Made by a program: the position numbers and the translations under genes. DNA of 64,000 nt from Antedon mediterranea (lineage: Eukaryota > Animalia > Echinodermata): positions 11,949,432 to 12,013,431 of the forward strand of contig NC_092679.1 in the NCBI RefSeq assembly GCF_964355755.1, written 5' to 3'. Position 1 is the stretch's first letter; each line of letters opens with the position of its first letter. The notes beneath the pieces are model-generated. The model was not told the origin of the DNA, searched no databases, and saw nothing but the letters and a program-made list of their open reading frames with translations. Positions 48,547-62,189 of this stretch are shown piece by piece.

Positions 48547-51500
48547 GAGCCATTGTCTGTAAGAATCAAAGAAATATATCAAAAAGAGTGGCAGACTCAA
48601 AAAAATGGATTTCTTTCAAATTTTGCACATGGCTATATATGTGTTGAGAGAAATCAAATATGAAGTATTTTTTATTTCACACATATATTTCCATGGCAAC
48701 GGCAAAATTTGTGTTTTTGACAAATTTTGTCCTTTTTTAAGGTTTTTTAAAATGGATATTGGTACTACTTTGATGAACGATATTTTTGTTTTGTTCATTT
48801 AATTATAAAAAATAATTAGTGTATGCATAATAACAATGCATTGTGTACCTGTTACAAATTTTTTTATTTTTTTTTATTTCATACTTTGGGAGATACCATT
48901 TATTTAAAAAGGGGTGTTTTTCACTTTTTTTAAATTGTTCAATGCAACTAAACTTTACTTCACCATAACGCTCAAAGTGGTGTATTTTTTTAGCTGATTT
49001 ATTACAAATAGGTAGTTCTAATGTTTAATAATTGATTTCTAAAATAAAATACTGGGGTAAATTTAAAATCTACAAGCAGTGTTGCGAGAAACATAGGCAT
49101 TTTTATAAAAAAAAAACATGGTATATTAGTAAAAACATTTTATTTTCTTTGATTATTTGATTTGAAACTCATTGGTCAGAAAAATTCTTAATGTTTTATA
49201 TAGTTCTAGTTGTGTTGTGAGAAAAAAAATTAATTTTTAATTATAGATACATAACAAATATTGAAGCCCTTATTTGAAATTTCATTTCATTTAAGGTCAG
49301 CATGTAAAATATCACACTTTATTATTAAATATTGGTTTTAAATTCTATATTTTTTTTACTGTGATGGTTGGATTCAGTATTAATTATTAATTAATAATTA
49401 TCTGATAATTATTTAATTTCCCTTAGTTATGCATAGCAACAGTTACTATGGTAACTAAAAATGAGATATTCTTTAGATTTTGCATATTTATCTCATACAA
49501 ATTTAAATTTGTAGATTATTAGCAGGCATGCCTTATTTGCATTTTCAAATTACCGTTTCACAAGGTCATATTCGTAAGCACTTTCTTCTGTGATTATTTT
49601 TATTCATGAAAACCCCGTATTTTATTTACAGCGGCCACCTCCCTTAACGGACGCACTTTGAAAAGCCTGTTTGTTCTTCCTATCTAATTAGTGCATTTGG
49701 TGCTTACCGTAAGCAGCTGCAGGCACCTTTTTATACTAAAAATGAGATTTTTTGTAAGCGGCCAATCGAAAAATGTGATACTTATTGCATGGACCTATGA
49801 ATTAGAGGTGCATGTTTATTGTATTTCTTTATATATTAGCTTTATTTTGAAGAGGTTTTAAAAACATTACTGTGAAGAGATGAGAAAACTACACAGATTT
49901 TGACCGACCATTTTTCATATGATAAAAGTTTTTAAAATTTGTCTGAAAATGCTAAAAAATACTAAACCACCTGATTATTAATAATAATAGGCCTACAATT
50001 AGCTGGAAAATTGAGAGGCTCGTTTCGTTAAGAATATCGTATATAGCCATAATAAGTGATTTTGGCCCTTTATCGGCAGAAGGGGTAAGGGGTCACCGCC
50101 CGTAAGCGGCCACTTTTCCAGGTCCCGAGGGTGGCCACTTACGGGAGGTTCAACTGTATTTAAAAAACAATTATCCTTAGTTATGCATAGAAACAGGTTC
50201 TAAGATAACATAAATAATACATTTTGACATAACTTGACCCAACAAATGACCCTTTCACAAGGTCAGACATTTTCTGGGATTCAGTAGATAAGTAAATTTG
50301 GGAAAAGGTAGTAAAGCTATGTAATCTATTGTTTGTAGTCATGAAACCCCATATTAAAAATATTGTACTTAGTTACGTATAGAAACAGTTGCTACAATAC
50401 ACTAGGCCTATAGGTCATTTGACCTCAATATGTAAAATTTTTTTTTTTCATGAAACTCCATATTTAATTTTTTTTTTTTTAAATATCATTTGTAACGTAA
50501 ACAGGTTTAAGATAACACTAAAGGTCATTTTTTTTACCTTTATTCAGATTCGTCAAGACTTTCTTTCTGAGATTATTAGGATTCAGTATTTAAAGTAAAT
50601 TTGGCAAAAAGTAGAAATGTAAAACTATGTAGAAAAAATGTTTTGTATTTATGAAAAACCCCTTATTTTTTTGAAATTTTCGCATAGAAACAGTTACTAT
50701 GGTAAAATGTTGACCTCAAAATGAATGAATTTACAAGGTCAAGTTTGTCATTAATGGAATGCAGTAGAAGTAAAATTGAGAAAAATTACAAATGCAATCA
50801 ATTCTTTGTATTTATAAAAACGCCATTTTTTATGTTTAAAAAAAAATTACTTTCCTTAGTTACACATAGAAATGCTTGCTAAGGTAACACTATAGGTAAA
50901 ATATGAAAATTGTTGAGAATTGTTATGAACTATCTTGTAAATTTTGATCAAACAATAGTTGTAGTAAAGTGGGGACCTGTCCTGTTTTGCATTCTGACCC
51001 CTTTTGACCTCAAATGACCTATTTACAAGGTCAGATTTTTTGGGAGGTCTTTCTGTATCTCTTTACACAAAATAGATTAAAAATTTATAAAAACCATTGA
51101 CGCAATTATTTCCAAGTTTAACATTATTTTCCATCAACTAAATATTTCAATGCAAAATACTGTTTTTCTGGCAATTAATTGAAATAAACCTGGCAACACA
51201 TTCTCCTATTTTATCTAAACTATTCGTATGACTCTAGTAGCATTAGGACAAGCCACATATACATTTTATTATTGGATTAGCCATATTTAAATTGTGTTTC
51301 ATGTGTTTTGTTTGTTGATATTTTGTTATATTTTTTATATTTTTCGTATTTTCCTGGCAACACAAAACCTATGTACGAAATTTACCCCAGTGTTTTTTTC
51401 GTGATTATTGTTGAAAAACATATTGACTATCAAATTAAAAAACCTCATTGATTTAAAAACACCACTTTGGAAGTTATAGGTACGTTTATGAGGTATACTT

Positions 51501-51885
51501 TTATAAAAAAAATATTTTTTAAAAACACCCCTTTTTAAAATAATGGTATCAACCAAACTCCATTTTGTAATTTATTTTTTTTCTACATTAAATGGAACTC
51601 AATACATGTTGTTTACACTGCTATAAACAAAAACTGTATACTGTAAGTATTTTTGGTTAAAATAAGTATACAAGTTTGTACTTTTTCACTATAGAAAATC
51701 TGTGAAAAATGGAAAAAACATCAAAATTTGGATAATTGACCGTTGTCATGACAACGGAGGCTAAAAATTAAAATGAATGTTGTAGATATGCTTTTTATTG
51801 AAATGTCTATTCATGGTAAAAATTTGAGAGAAATCCATTTTTTTACATCTGCCACCAAATCTTTGATTTTTACAGACAATGGCTC
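48547..51885. mobile_element. Sola3-type non-autonomous element with long degenerate TIRs
   Basis: TTAA|GAGccattgtctgtaa ... ttacagacaatggCTC|TTAA. Inverted similarity is traceable for about 550 bp. It sits in a short L2-like 3' fragment (about 48330-52100). Confidence 0.75.
49629..50156. mobile_element. pogo/Tigger-like MITE
   Basis: TA|cagcggccacctccctta ... gtggccacttacgggaggttcaactg|TA, with repeated taagcggccac motifs. Confidence 0.55.
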
Positions 51886-53836
51886 TTAATAAATAAATAC
51901 TGACTCATGTAGAGTTCACTTTTGTTACTTTTACTTTTTATTTCTATTTGTTCTTTTATTGTTTTATTTGCTAATTAGATATCAGTATTATAGGGTAATG
52001 CGTTTAAGAGCTTCGGCTTATTGCATATCCGTTTTGTATCAAATAAGTTTTCCGTTGATTATGATTTAGATTAAACTTATAGAAATATTCTTGTAAAAGA
52101 AATACTGTATATATATATATATTCTGTTGATACAAATAAATAGTACGTATAAGTACCGCGAATGATGAAGATGTTAGTTTTGCTATTTCGGACTCCAAGA
52201 ATAATGAGTGTCCTGGAGCAGATTCAATAACAAATGAAATTATTAAGAATGGTGGAGATGGAATAGTATCATCTCTACACAAGTTATTTCAGAGATTAAT
52301 TGAAATTGAATCTGTTACTGAAAAATGGAATGAAGGTTGTATTATCCCATTGTATAAAAAAAGAGACAAACTTGATCTGAATAACTATAGGGTAACCCTC
52401 AATTCATGTATAGGAAAAATATTCAGTAAAATAATTTCTCAAGGGATTATACAAGCTACTAAAAATGTTGGGATACAGGGAAAACTCCTAAACCTTATTA
52501 AGAACATGTACTCTAATGTGAAATATAATGTTATTTTTATTGATGTTAAAACAGATATATTTGATATAAATGAAGATGTGAAACAGGGATGTCCTCTTTC
52601 ACCAGCTCTATTTTCTATATATATGAATGAACTGAACAACATAATTAAAAAAAGAAATTTAGGAATATCTATTTCAAACACCCAGATTGGAAGTTTATTC
52701 TGGGCTGATTACGTTTTCCTAATCGGTAAAAATGCACACGATCTTGAACAACTTTTAAACGCTGATGGTAACTTTTCAAAAATGTGGAAACTTAATTTTA
52801 ATTTTTGAAAAATCAAATGTACTAATAACTGGTCAAAGAGTTCATAAATATAGAAAGTGGAAACTAGGAGATAATTATATTGATGAAACAGTTAAATATA
52901 CATTTTGGTACGATTATAATTAGAAAAAATAATGACAATGATCATATTGAAGAGTTAATTAAAAAGGGCAACAGAATAATTGTCTACATAAAATCAATTA
53001 TCGATAACCAGGACGACTTCCACAGAGTATACATGGTAATTTGTCATGGAATACAATTGGTCTTCCCTCAATTAATTATGCATGTTCTGTTTGGCTTCCT
53101 GGTAACAAATCATTAACCCAAAAACTTAATAATTTACAGTACCAAATGGCAAAATTAAAAGCATCTAGAAATGTTGCCAATAAAGCATTATTAGGTGATA
53201 TAGGAAGGCAATCCATTGAAACATTAGAAAACATATTTAGAATAAGTTACTTTAATAGACTTAAGACGATGGAAGAGAATAGGTGGCCACATTTATTATG
53301 TAAAGAACTTCTGGAGGTTAGATGTCAACAAGATGGAAAAGGAAAGTGTAACTTAAATGACAAATTCAATATGGAGCCTCAAGGTTATTGGTTAAAATCT
53401 TTTAAGAAAAATATTTCTGAATGTAATAACCAAGATTGGTTTAAAAAGACAAAAACAAAAACAACATTAAATGATTACGTTAAATATAAAAATACACCAT
53501 ATTTGTTTTATCTAGATTTCAACACAATGTCAAAATATTTTATATTATCTTTTAACCTCTGTCTGTGTAAATCACTTAAATATTCATTGATATGAGACTA
53601 TGAGACTATGAGACTATGGGAGCAAATACCAAATTACATAAAAGATTCACAAACAATTTCAATATTTAAGGCTGCTCTAACAAAACACTATATTTCATGT
53701 TATGTATAGTTTATTTGTATTTTTCTTGTATATGGTTTTATCTTAACTGTTTGTATTGTATGTAGTGAGTGCAAAATCTGTTTGGGCTTTAGGCTATTCT
53801 CATTCCTGGTTATTTTTACATTGATGACCGAATAAA

Positions 53837-53837
<1 letters not shown>

Positions 53838-53901
<64 letters not shown>
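53838..53901. repeat. (ATT)n microsatellite, about 21 copies
   Basis: Direct observation. Confidence 0.97.
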
Positions 53902-53903
<2 letters not shown>

Positions 53904-54290
53904 AAAGACATATATAATGTAACCTTCACCATATTGTTTATCATTGGAATAAAAGTGGGTTACCCCCACAAAAAATAAAATAAAAGAAGGCAGAAAGCGA
54001 TTATGATCAGATTCCTACTCAGGCCATTGTCTCATTTGTAAAAGTAATTCAATAGAAACAATTGATCAATTCTTGTTTGGTTGTGTAAGTTTATCCTCCA
54101 TAAGAAATACTTGTTTTAATGAATTGAAAAGTGACTTATTTACAATTAATGAATATCATTGGGACATTTTTATTAATGGTTCAACAGAATTTAAGCATTA
54201 CTTGTTACTAGACGACATATATAACTTGTACCAAGATAAATCAATTTGCTCCATTTTTTATAGGAAAAGTAAATCATTTTCAATTTGCAC

Positions 54291-54929
54291 TTAGAAATCC
54301 CTATGGCATGTCGTTATTTAGATGAGAAAAACAGGTCAAAGGTTAAAATTACAGAAAAAATGTGTGTTTCAGTCACTTTTTGAAAAAAATGTTGCAGTAT
54401 GGCAAGTGAACAGTTTGACACCAAAATTGGCTTCCTACGACAAATATTTATTAATTTATAAATTATGTCAAAGGTCAATAACCACACTTTTGGTAATTTT
54501 CAAGCAATATCATCTTTTAAACTGAATATAAATGTATATCTTGGGAACAATTTGCTCCTAGTTTTAATTTTCTCCGACCTGCCGTTACTTAGGTTATAGC
54601 AAAAAGAGGTCAAAGGTCAAAATTGCTAAAAATGGGGTTGCCGGGCAATTTTATCAAACAATGTTTAGAGCTAATATAAACATATACATTGTGAACAATT
54701 TGACACCAAAATGATCTCATTACGCCCAGTATTTCCAGAGATATAGTAATGTTTTATGAAAATAGCGGCCATTTTGTTTATGCCAATTATGCAAATTGCT
54801 CAATGCTGACAGCCGTCCAGTAAAAATGAATCATTCTGATGGTATCGAGAATCAAAATCCATTAAAAAAAAAACTATAGAAAAAACATTGCAAGGTTATG
54901 GAAAAAATAAGCATTTGGCTGCTGGACTA
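54291..54929. mobile_element. Academ-like fragment
   Basis: The right end ...gcatttggctgCTGGACTA matches the terminus type of the 39621 element. Contains aggtcaaaggtca motifs. Confidence 0.45.
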
Positions 54930-55129
54930 CAATGGCTGAAATCTGAATGCCTTTGTACACTTTGTAGGCCTACTCCCTGAAAGTGAAACTGTTAAAACTA
55001 GGCTTACCTATAGGGTCTGTACTCTTCTAGTACTACTTCTTACTTAGCATATGCCTACTCTGAAATTATGTAGATTTCAAATAACTATGCAAAATCGCAT
55101 TACCTACTGTATGATTTATAGTAAATCAG

Positions 55130-56920
55130 TGTTGTAGCGCGTACCCAGTAACTATGTCAGTTGACTATCCAGGAGGTGAACGCGCGTGAATAATGTCGTA
55201 GATTGAAATAGACTGTACAGAAAAGTTAATAATATAAACGCTAACCAGTGAATACTAATGTTTATAAATGCTAACCAGTGAATACTAAAGTTTATGAATG
55301 TTAACCAGTACCAGTTTAATATTTGTTTAGTTACTAATGAGTGTATTTTGACGGGTCGAAAATATTACAGTAGGCTTATGCTAGGGATTTACCTGACAAA
55401 CAGTGGCAAATTAAGAAATAATGTTATAATAGCTATTCAATCATAGTAAGTTATGATGACAATATTTCATGCTTTCAGATTTGAATGAAATCTTGTTTCT
55501 GAATAAATCATCTCAAACACAGGTGAATCTCAGTGCTTATTGTTCATTATAAAAGATACTTTCCTTACAATTCAAATTGTTTTTACTGACTGACGCACAA
55601 GGAAGATATAGGGAATGATCACATGGACAAGCTAAAAGCAACCAAAGGAAACCGCAAGGGCATCTTAACACTAGAGCCTTAGGTGGATTAAGACAACTCA
55701 TTGATAGCCAACCATCGGAGCAATAACTGCAGGAAGGACTATTAAGAGTTAAAAGAAAATTTGAAACAATTGAGCAATCTCATGCAGAGTTAGTCGAGTA
55801 GATAAATGATGATGATGATGAAATTCAAAAGGAAGAAGGATGTAGGTTAAGATGGCAAAAGGAATATATGGCAGAAGTCCATACTATCAAGACTGAATAT
55901 AAGACCAAAACAGTATCTTATAACAACCTCAGCAAAAGCAATTCAAGATGTTGAAACAGAAACATTAGAAAAGACTCAACCTGATACTATAGATAATGAT
56001 AAGGTAAACAATAGTGAAAATCATAATGTTGTAAGTCAAGATAATGTTGTTGAAGCTATAATGTTAACAATCACAATAATGTATTGATAAAACTGAAAGG
56101 AATTGGGATAGTCTAGTAAAGGCACTATTACTTCCCCGTCCCCCCTGAAACATTATGACGGGGACCCTGTATATTATCATTGCTTTAATTATAACTTCTT
56201 ACCAGAGCATGATGTCAGGAGTTAATGATGATAGTAAGTTGAACACCTTAATATTATTTTGTAAAGGTAAAGCTCTGGATGCAATTCAATTCTGTGTCAT
56301 GAAACCATCCACTGAAGGATTTAAAGCAGCTTGGACACCTTAAGGGAAATATTTGGTAATACAGCAATCATTGTCCAGGTATGATTTTGACTAGAGGAAA
56401 GGTGAATGTTTGAATGAGTTTTCAGATGACATTGAGAAAACTGTTATGAGACACTAAGTGAACTCGGTTATATATATATATCAGATGGAGACTGAAAGAC
56501 GGAGCCTATGATACACGCTTTATAATAGGTAAATCAAGAGTAGCACCGTTAAAGACACTTACTGTTCCGAGTCTGGAACTTCAAGCGGCTGTCGTAATAG
56601 CAGCTAGAATTAAAGCTGCAGTAACCGAAGAATTGACGCTGAGGTTCAATGATATTATCATGATGAAAGACAGCATGGTAGTTCTGGGTTGGATCTGGAA
56701 GCCCAGTAGTCACTTGAAATCATTTGTAGGCATCGGGGTAGCAGAGATTCAAAGCAAAACGGAGATGAAGAGTTGAAGACATGTGCCAGGCAGCGTGAAC
56801 CCAGCAGATGATGTTTCCCGAGGAATTCCAGTAGAAATCATAAATGGTCGATGGCTTAATGGACCCGAGTTCCTCCAACGACCCATGCAGAAATGGCCCC
56901 CACCCATGAAAGAATTGAAA
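55130..56920 (+). mobile_element. Decayed BEL/Pao element: putative LTR (about 55130-55569) plus gag and RNase H-region remnants
   Basis: TG...CA-bounded segment with aataaa. Remnants [61 protein letters not shown] and WLNGPEFL. Confidence 0.8.
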
Positions 56921-57189
56921 TAGAAAATAATAACATAAAATTATTAAATATATTTTTGATACTCTACATATATTGTTAAAACATTGATGAAATTGAATTT
57001 GTATTTTATATGCAAACGACCCCAGAGATCAGGGAACAGGCATAAGTTGATGTGGACCTCTAGTTATGAATTAAATCATGGAGTAAAATAGTTATATATA
57101 TATAGGTATTTATATATAGGTATTTATTCATATCATTAAAAAGCCGTTAAAATTCTTTAAAAATTCTTTAAAATGCCAAAAGACCCAGA

Positions 57190-57512
57190 TAAACCAAAGC
57201 ATGCGGTAATTACTAATTCGTTAATTATTATTAATGTTATAAACCTACAAGGTTTTAGTTTTAGAAGCTTCATTCATTCTATCAATAATGTTAGGGATGG
57301 TAGAGCGTTTCCAACGATTAGTTTTACACAAGGGGGCATCCAACAAATTAACATTTCTCAAATTGTAACCGCGGTTACGATAAGGGGGAAGCATATAACG
57401 ATAGAGTTTAGAGAGTAGTAGCCCCTTCCCAAATTTCATCATCAAGTTATCTCTTCTGGCTTCAAGGGAACATAATCCAGACATGGATAAAGCATTTTCA
57501 TAACTGATGTAT
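57190..57512 (-). mobile_element. CR1/L2-group LINE 3' fragment
   Basis: SYENAL...SLEARRD...MLPP...CKTNRWKRSTIP, similar in type to the 46.7-46.95 kb fragment. Confidence 0.6.
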
Positions 57513-58431
57513 GCGTATTCATTCAAATAAACGCCTCGCTTTAAATAACCTCCTCCCTCAAATAAACAGATATGGCTGGATATCATTATTAATTGAACAG
57601 TATTTTCGGTACCCCGTGACAGATTGCACCTCAATATATCACGATAATAACTTGTATTATAGGGGATTCAATATGTTACGGATTGTCTAGAATGTAAGTT
57701 ACCCCCGTGACGTGACCGATTGCACCCCCTATATGTTATCACTTTGTATGTATTTTTTATGATAATTTTCCAAATAAATTCAAATCAAATCAAATCATTA
57801 AACAATCGTTTAATAGTACTTTTTTTCGTGTACGAAAAAAAAAATCTTTTCACGTTTGGAAAATATTGTTTTATACTATTGCTTTTGAAATATAACAGCG
57901 CCACCTATTTCTGACTTTCGCCGCGATTGAATGTTATGACTGGTTTCACGATGAAAGTACATTTTTTTAAAGATATTTATGTACTAATTTAGATCAAAAA
58001 GGCATTTAAATTAGCTTTAGATTGTTTTGTAGGAGTTTGAACAATTAATGGGAATATCTCTACATGCTAGGCTTAGGCTTGTTTGGCCGTTTGTTGACAA
58101 AATTAACACTACAGTAGGCGTGTTTATAAAATCCATATAAATATAATATTTAATAAATGAATAAATAAAATAAAAAATAATATATTATTATAAACCAAAT
58201 GTTACTGTTTTAATCAATGTGCATCAAATGTAGGCCTTTGGCTAGGCCTACCTTTTATTTAATTCAAATGACAGGAATCTATTTAGATGTTATATAAAAC
58301 AAATAATGAATATTATAATGGTACAAATAATGGCATTTGGTGAATGTAGAAAGTTTATATATCAATTACCCTTCCATTAGTTGTATCATTACACTCATAA
58401 ACATTTTTTATTTGTTTATTAACTATCTATT

Positions 58432-58680
58432 ATAGAGGATACAATATTTTAGGACTGTCTAGAATATAAGGTACCCCTGTGACAGATTGCACCCCCTATA
58501 ATGTAACAGTTATTAACTATATATTATAGGGGATACACTATTTTACGGATTGTCTAGAATATTAGGTACCCTGTGAGAGGTTGAACCCGCTATATTATAA
58601 CAGTTTATAATATCATACGGGATACAATATTTTACGGACTGTCTAGAATATTAGGTACTCCCGTAACCGATTGCACCCCA
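58432..58680. repeat. About 90-bp degenerate tandem repeat (3 copies; related copy at about 57600-57735)
   Basis: Recurrent gatacaatatttt(ac)ggactgtctagaatattaggtacccc..gattgcacccc. Confidence 0.75.
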
Positions 58681-59889
58681 AAATGAATATTTTACGTGTC
58701 TTTGAAGAACACCTTATTTTTTATTATTTTATTTATTTATTTGGTATAACACTCAAAATGCAACAAAAGTTGAAAATCTTATAAGTTTACAAAAAGTACA
58801 ACAATGAAAACAGAGATAAAGATATAAAACATATAGGCCTATACTAAAATTATAATAGAAGAGAACAAATTATTACATCTTACAAAAATATAATATTGCA
58901 CAAATTTTTAATGTTTGATTATTATTTGATCTAATTATTATAATTTCAGAAATATATACAGGTTTAAAATTATTCATTATTTATTATTTATAAAGTCCTC
59001 TTAAAAATTAAATTTAAAATGTCATTAATTCCAAGAATCAATATAATTACTGTATTACTATTTTCTTATTTAAAAGTCTTATTGCACAACGAAAAGTTGA
59101 ATTTCCATAACGGTTAGTCCTACATCTAGGAACACTGTACTTGTAGACAAAAAACACAAAGTCCTCTCGTGATGCTTGATGTTCTCAGGTATCCACGAAG
59201 TGAAACGCCCAGATTTTACCAGACTGTTTCCAAATTTGGCAAGAGGCCTACACTTAACCGTCTGTCTTGTAAAGATGCTACATTCAAGATTTCTAAAGTG
59301 TCTTGGTACCCCGTGTAGTTGTTATAGTCGATAATGATCTTAAAGGTTCTGATTTAACGTGTTTTTTCAATACTAAAATATAATAGCATATAAAATTAAA
59401 CCAACCATCTAATTCTTATGCCCACCATGCTGGGGCTGAGAATATGCAGAATCGTTAAAATACAAATAGGTTTCAGTATTGGTAGTTACTAAAAGAGGTT
59501 CGAGGATGGGAAAATGAAAAGTACTTTAAAAAGGGTTAAAGGTGTTTACATTTTTAGAGTAAAATTTAGAGAGCGTTCGCCCTTACTAGTCATCATGCCA
59601 ATGCTACTACTGTCTTAATTTTTCTTAATATACATGGGACAAGGTACAGTAATAAGAATAACGTTTAAAAAATGTAATTCAACTATATGTGTGGTCTATA
59701 CAGTTTCTTAAAGGGACAGGTAGAACAAGTTCATATAACATGTCTTCTTTTTTTTGTAAACATTTTCTACTAATTTAGTTTAGAAATATTAATTATATTT
59801 AATAATACTACTCGTTTCTGCGCTTATTGTAGCTTTTTAGCGCTTCACCACGTATTTTTCGCGCCGCGCCTTTCAGACCGGCAGCCCAG

Positions 59890-62189
59890 AGACATTTGGT
59901 TAGATGAGCTAAGTACCAATATCTGGCTATTTAAGTGTGTTGGGGGTCACTTGAAGTCAATGAAAATGGGAGTCTGCCGGGTACCCCCTGCTGCGTCTAT
60001 ACCGGGGGGACCCCGAAACGTGCTAAAAAAATCGGTCCCGGTTAGATGAGAGAGATACCACCTAATTTGACCACCATGGGATGCCCATTGGCATCCTTAT
60101 ACCAGTATCATAAGCGACAGACTTTTTCTCTGGTGCAAAAGGCCCGCCAGACCCCCCGAGGGAGGGCCTAAAATGGGGTTAGCATAGATGAGTGAGGTAC
60201 CACTCAAAATTAATGCCAAATGAACAAGTTGTGTTCATACAATACTAAATGGATAACAACAGACTAATTGTCTGCTTCACCGCAAGTGCCAGACACCCTA
60301 AAGTTAGACTCCCCAACTAGCCCAGCTTAGATATTGTAGATACCACCAGCAACCAATGTTATATGATAGCACATTGTAAGCAATACCAAATGACCTATTA
60401 CAGACTATCTGTACACTGCCTTGGCCCTGGCAGACCCCTCTAAAGTTAGACTAGAGACCCCCCTTTCCCCAACTATCCCAGCTTAGATATTGTAGATACC
60501 ACCAGCAACCAATGTTATATGATTTAGCACACCTTTGGCAGACCCCTCTAAAGTTCGACTAGAGACCCCATTTACCCCAAGTATGGCCTAGATTCGATAT
60601 TGTAGATACCACCAGCAGCTAAAAAAAACACCTAAAACAACATGTTTAATTGAATAAAGTTTAACTTTAATCGAACTAACACAAAACAATTGAAAATATA
60701 TCACATCAATGACGATAAAATGACCATTACCATTATAAAGGGAAAAATTGTTTAAGAGTTTCATTTAAAACTTATATAAGCCAAATATATATAACAAGTA
60801 GAGTACGGATTCGGGAAAATTTAGCATTCCTGCTAGATTTGTGAGGATCTGGAATTCCTTGCCTTTGAATTTCAAAGATACATTCGTCTGTAACTCTTGC
60901 GACCTATTTTAATAGAAAGCTTACAGTAGTAATCACCTTATTCAAATTCAGGATTGTAGTAACTTAATCAAAAGTGATTTGGTTAATTAATAATTGGTAA
61001 TTTTAAATGCTGTATATTATCATAATCTTAATCCTGTATTCATATTTATATATATAAATCCAAAGGCAAATAACTGAAAAAATGACAATGCTGTGGGTAT
61101 CAGTGGCAGGATCTCAATGGTGATACAAAAAAAAAGCGAAAAGCTAAATCAAAAAGATAAAGTAAAACAGCCAGAAACGTTTCGTTTCGTTCGTTCGCTG
61201 GGTGGACAGGAATTAAAGAAATACAACAAAAGGAGACAGGGTAAAGTCTGAATAAGAGTAGAAAACATAGAAGGTAGCTTAGTAGAGATATAAACAATTT
61301 TGGAATGAAACTAAAAAACAGCTTAAATGGTGGTTATTATTGAAACTCTTACATTTTTCAGTAGAATCAATCAATGAACAAGTTTTGCAAGATTTGCCGC
61401 AAAGGTGACTGCCCAAATTTTGGCTGTCATGAGAGTTAATTTCACTCTTAAATTTGGATCTGACTAATATATCACGGCAGTGTACAGATAGTTTGTAATA
61501 GGTCATTTGGTATTGCTTACAATGTGCTAAATCATATAATATTGTTTGCTGGTGGTATCTACAATGTCTAAGCTGGGCTAGTTGGGGATAGAGGGGTCTC
61601 TAGTCTAACTTTAGAGGGGTCTTTCAAGGGCAAGGCAGTGTACAGATAGTCTGTATTAGGTCATTTGGTATTGCTTACAATGTGCTAAATCATATAACAT
61701 TGTTTGCTGGTGGTATCTACAATGTCTAAGCTGGGCTATTTGGAGGAAAAGGGATCTCTAGTCTAACTTTAGAGGGGTCTTCCAGGGCCAACACAGTGTA
61801 CAGATAGTCTGTAATAGGTCATTTGGTATTGCTTACAATGTGCTAAATCATATAACATTGGTTGCTGGTGGTATCTACAATATCTAAACTGGGCTAGTTG
61901 AGGGAAGGGGGTTCTCTAGTCTAACTTTAGGGTGTCTGGCACTTGCATTAATTTTGAGTGGTACCTCACTCATCTATGCTAACCCCATTTTAGGCCCTCC
62001 CTCGGGGTAAAATTAGGTGGTATCTCTCTCATCTAACCTGGGCCGATTTTTTAGCACGTTTCGGGGTCCCCCCGGTCTAGACGCAGCAGGGGGTACCCGG
62101 CAGACTCCCATTTTCATTGACTTCAATTGTGACCCCCAACACACTTAAATAGTCAGGTATTGGTACCTAGCTCATCTAACCAAATGTCT
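59890..62189. mobile_element. Fold-back element with modular, tandem-repeat-containing arms
   Basis: 59890-60068 is the reverse complement of about 62011-62189, and 60152-60217 of about 61945-62008. About 158-bp tandem units lie in opposite orientations in the two arms. No TSD found. Confidence 0.75.

Larger units (their letters stand above)
47315..54290 (+). mobile_element. Decayed RTE/RTEX-like LINE ORF2, interrupted by several insertions
   Basis: APE endonuclease motifs (IILGDFNGH, IVDYAF, GSDHN) at 47.3-47.7 kb. RT motifs (PGADSITNE, IIPLYKK, KQGCPLSPALF, LFWAD) at 52.2-52.8 kb. C-terminal CxxC..E...C at about 54030-54085. Confidence 0.8.

Noticed and set aside
53700-53969. Poly-Asn ORF
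   Set aside because: Translation of the (ATT)n microsatellite.
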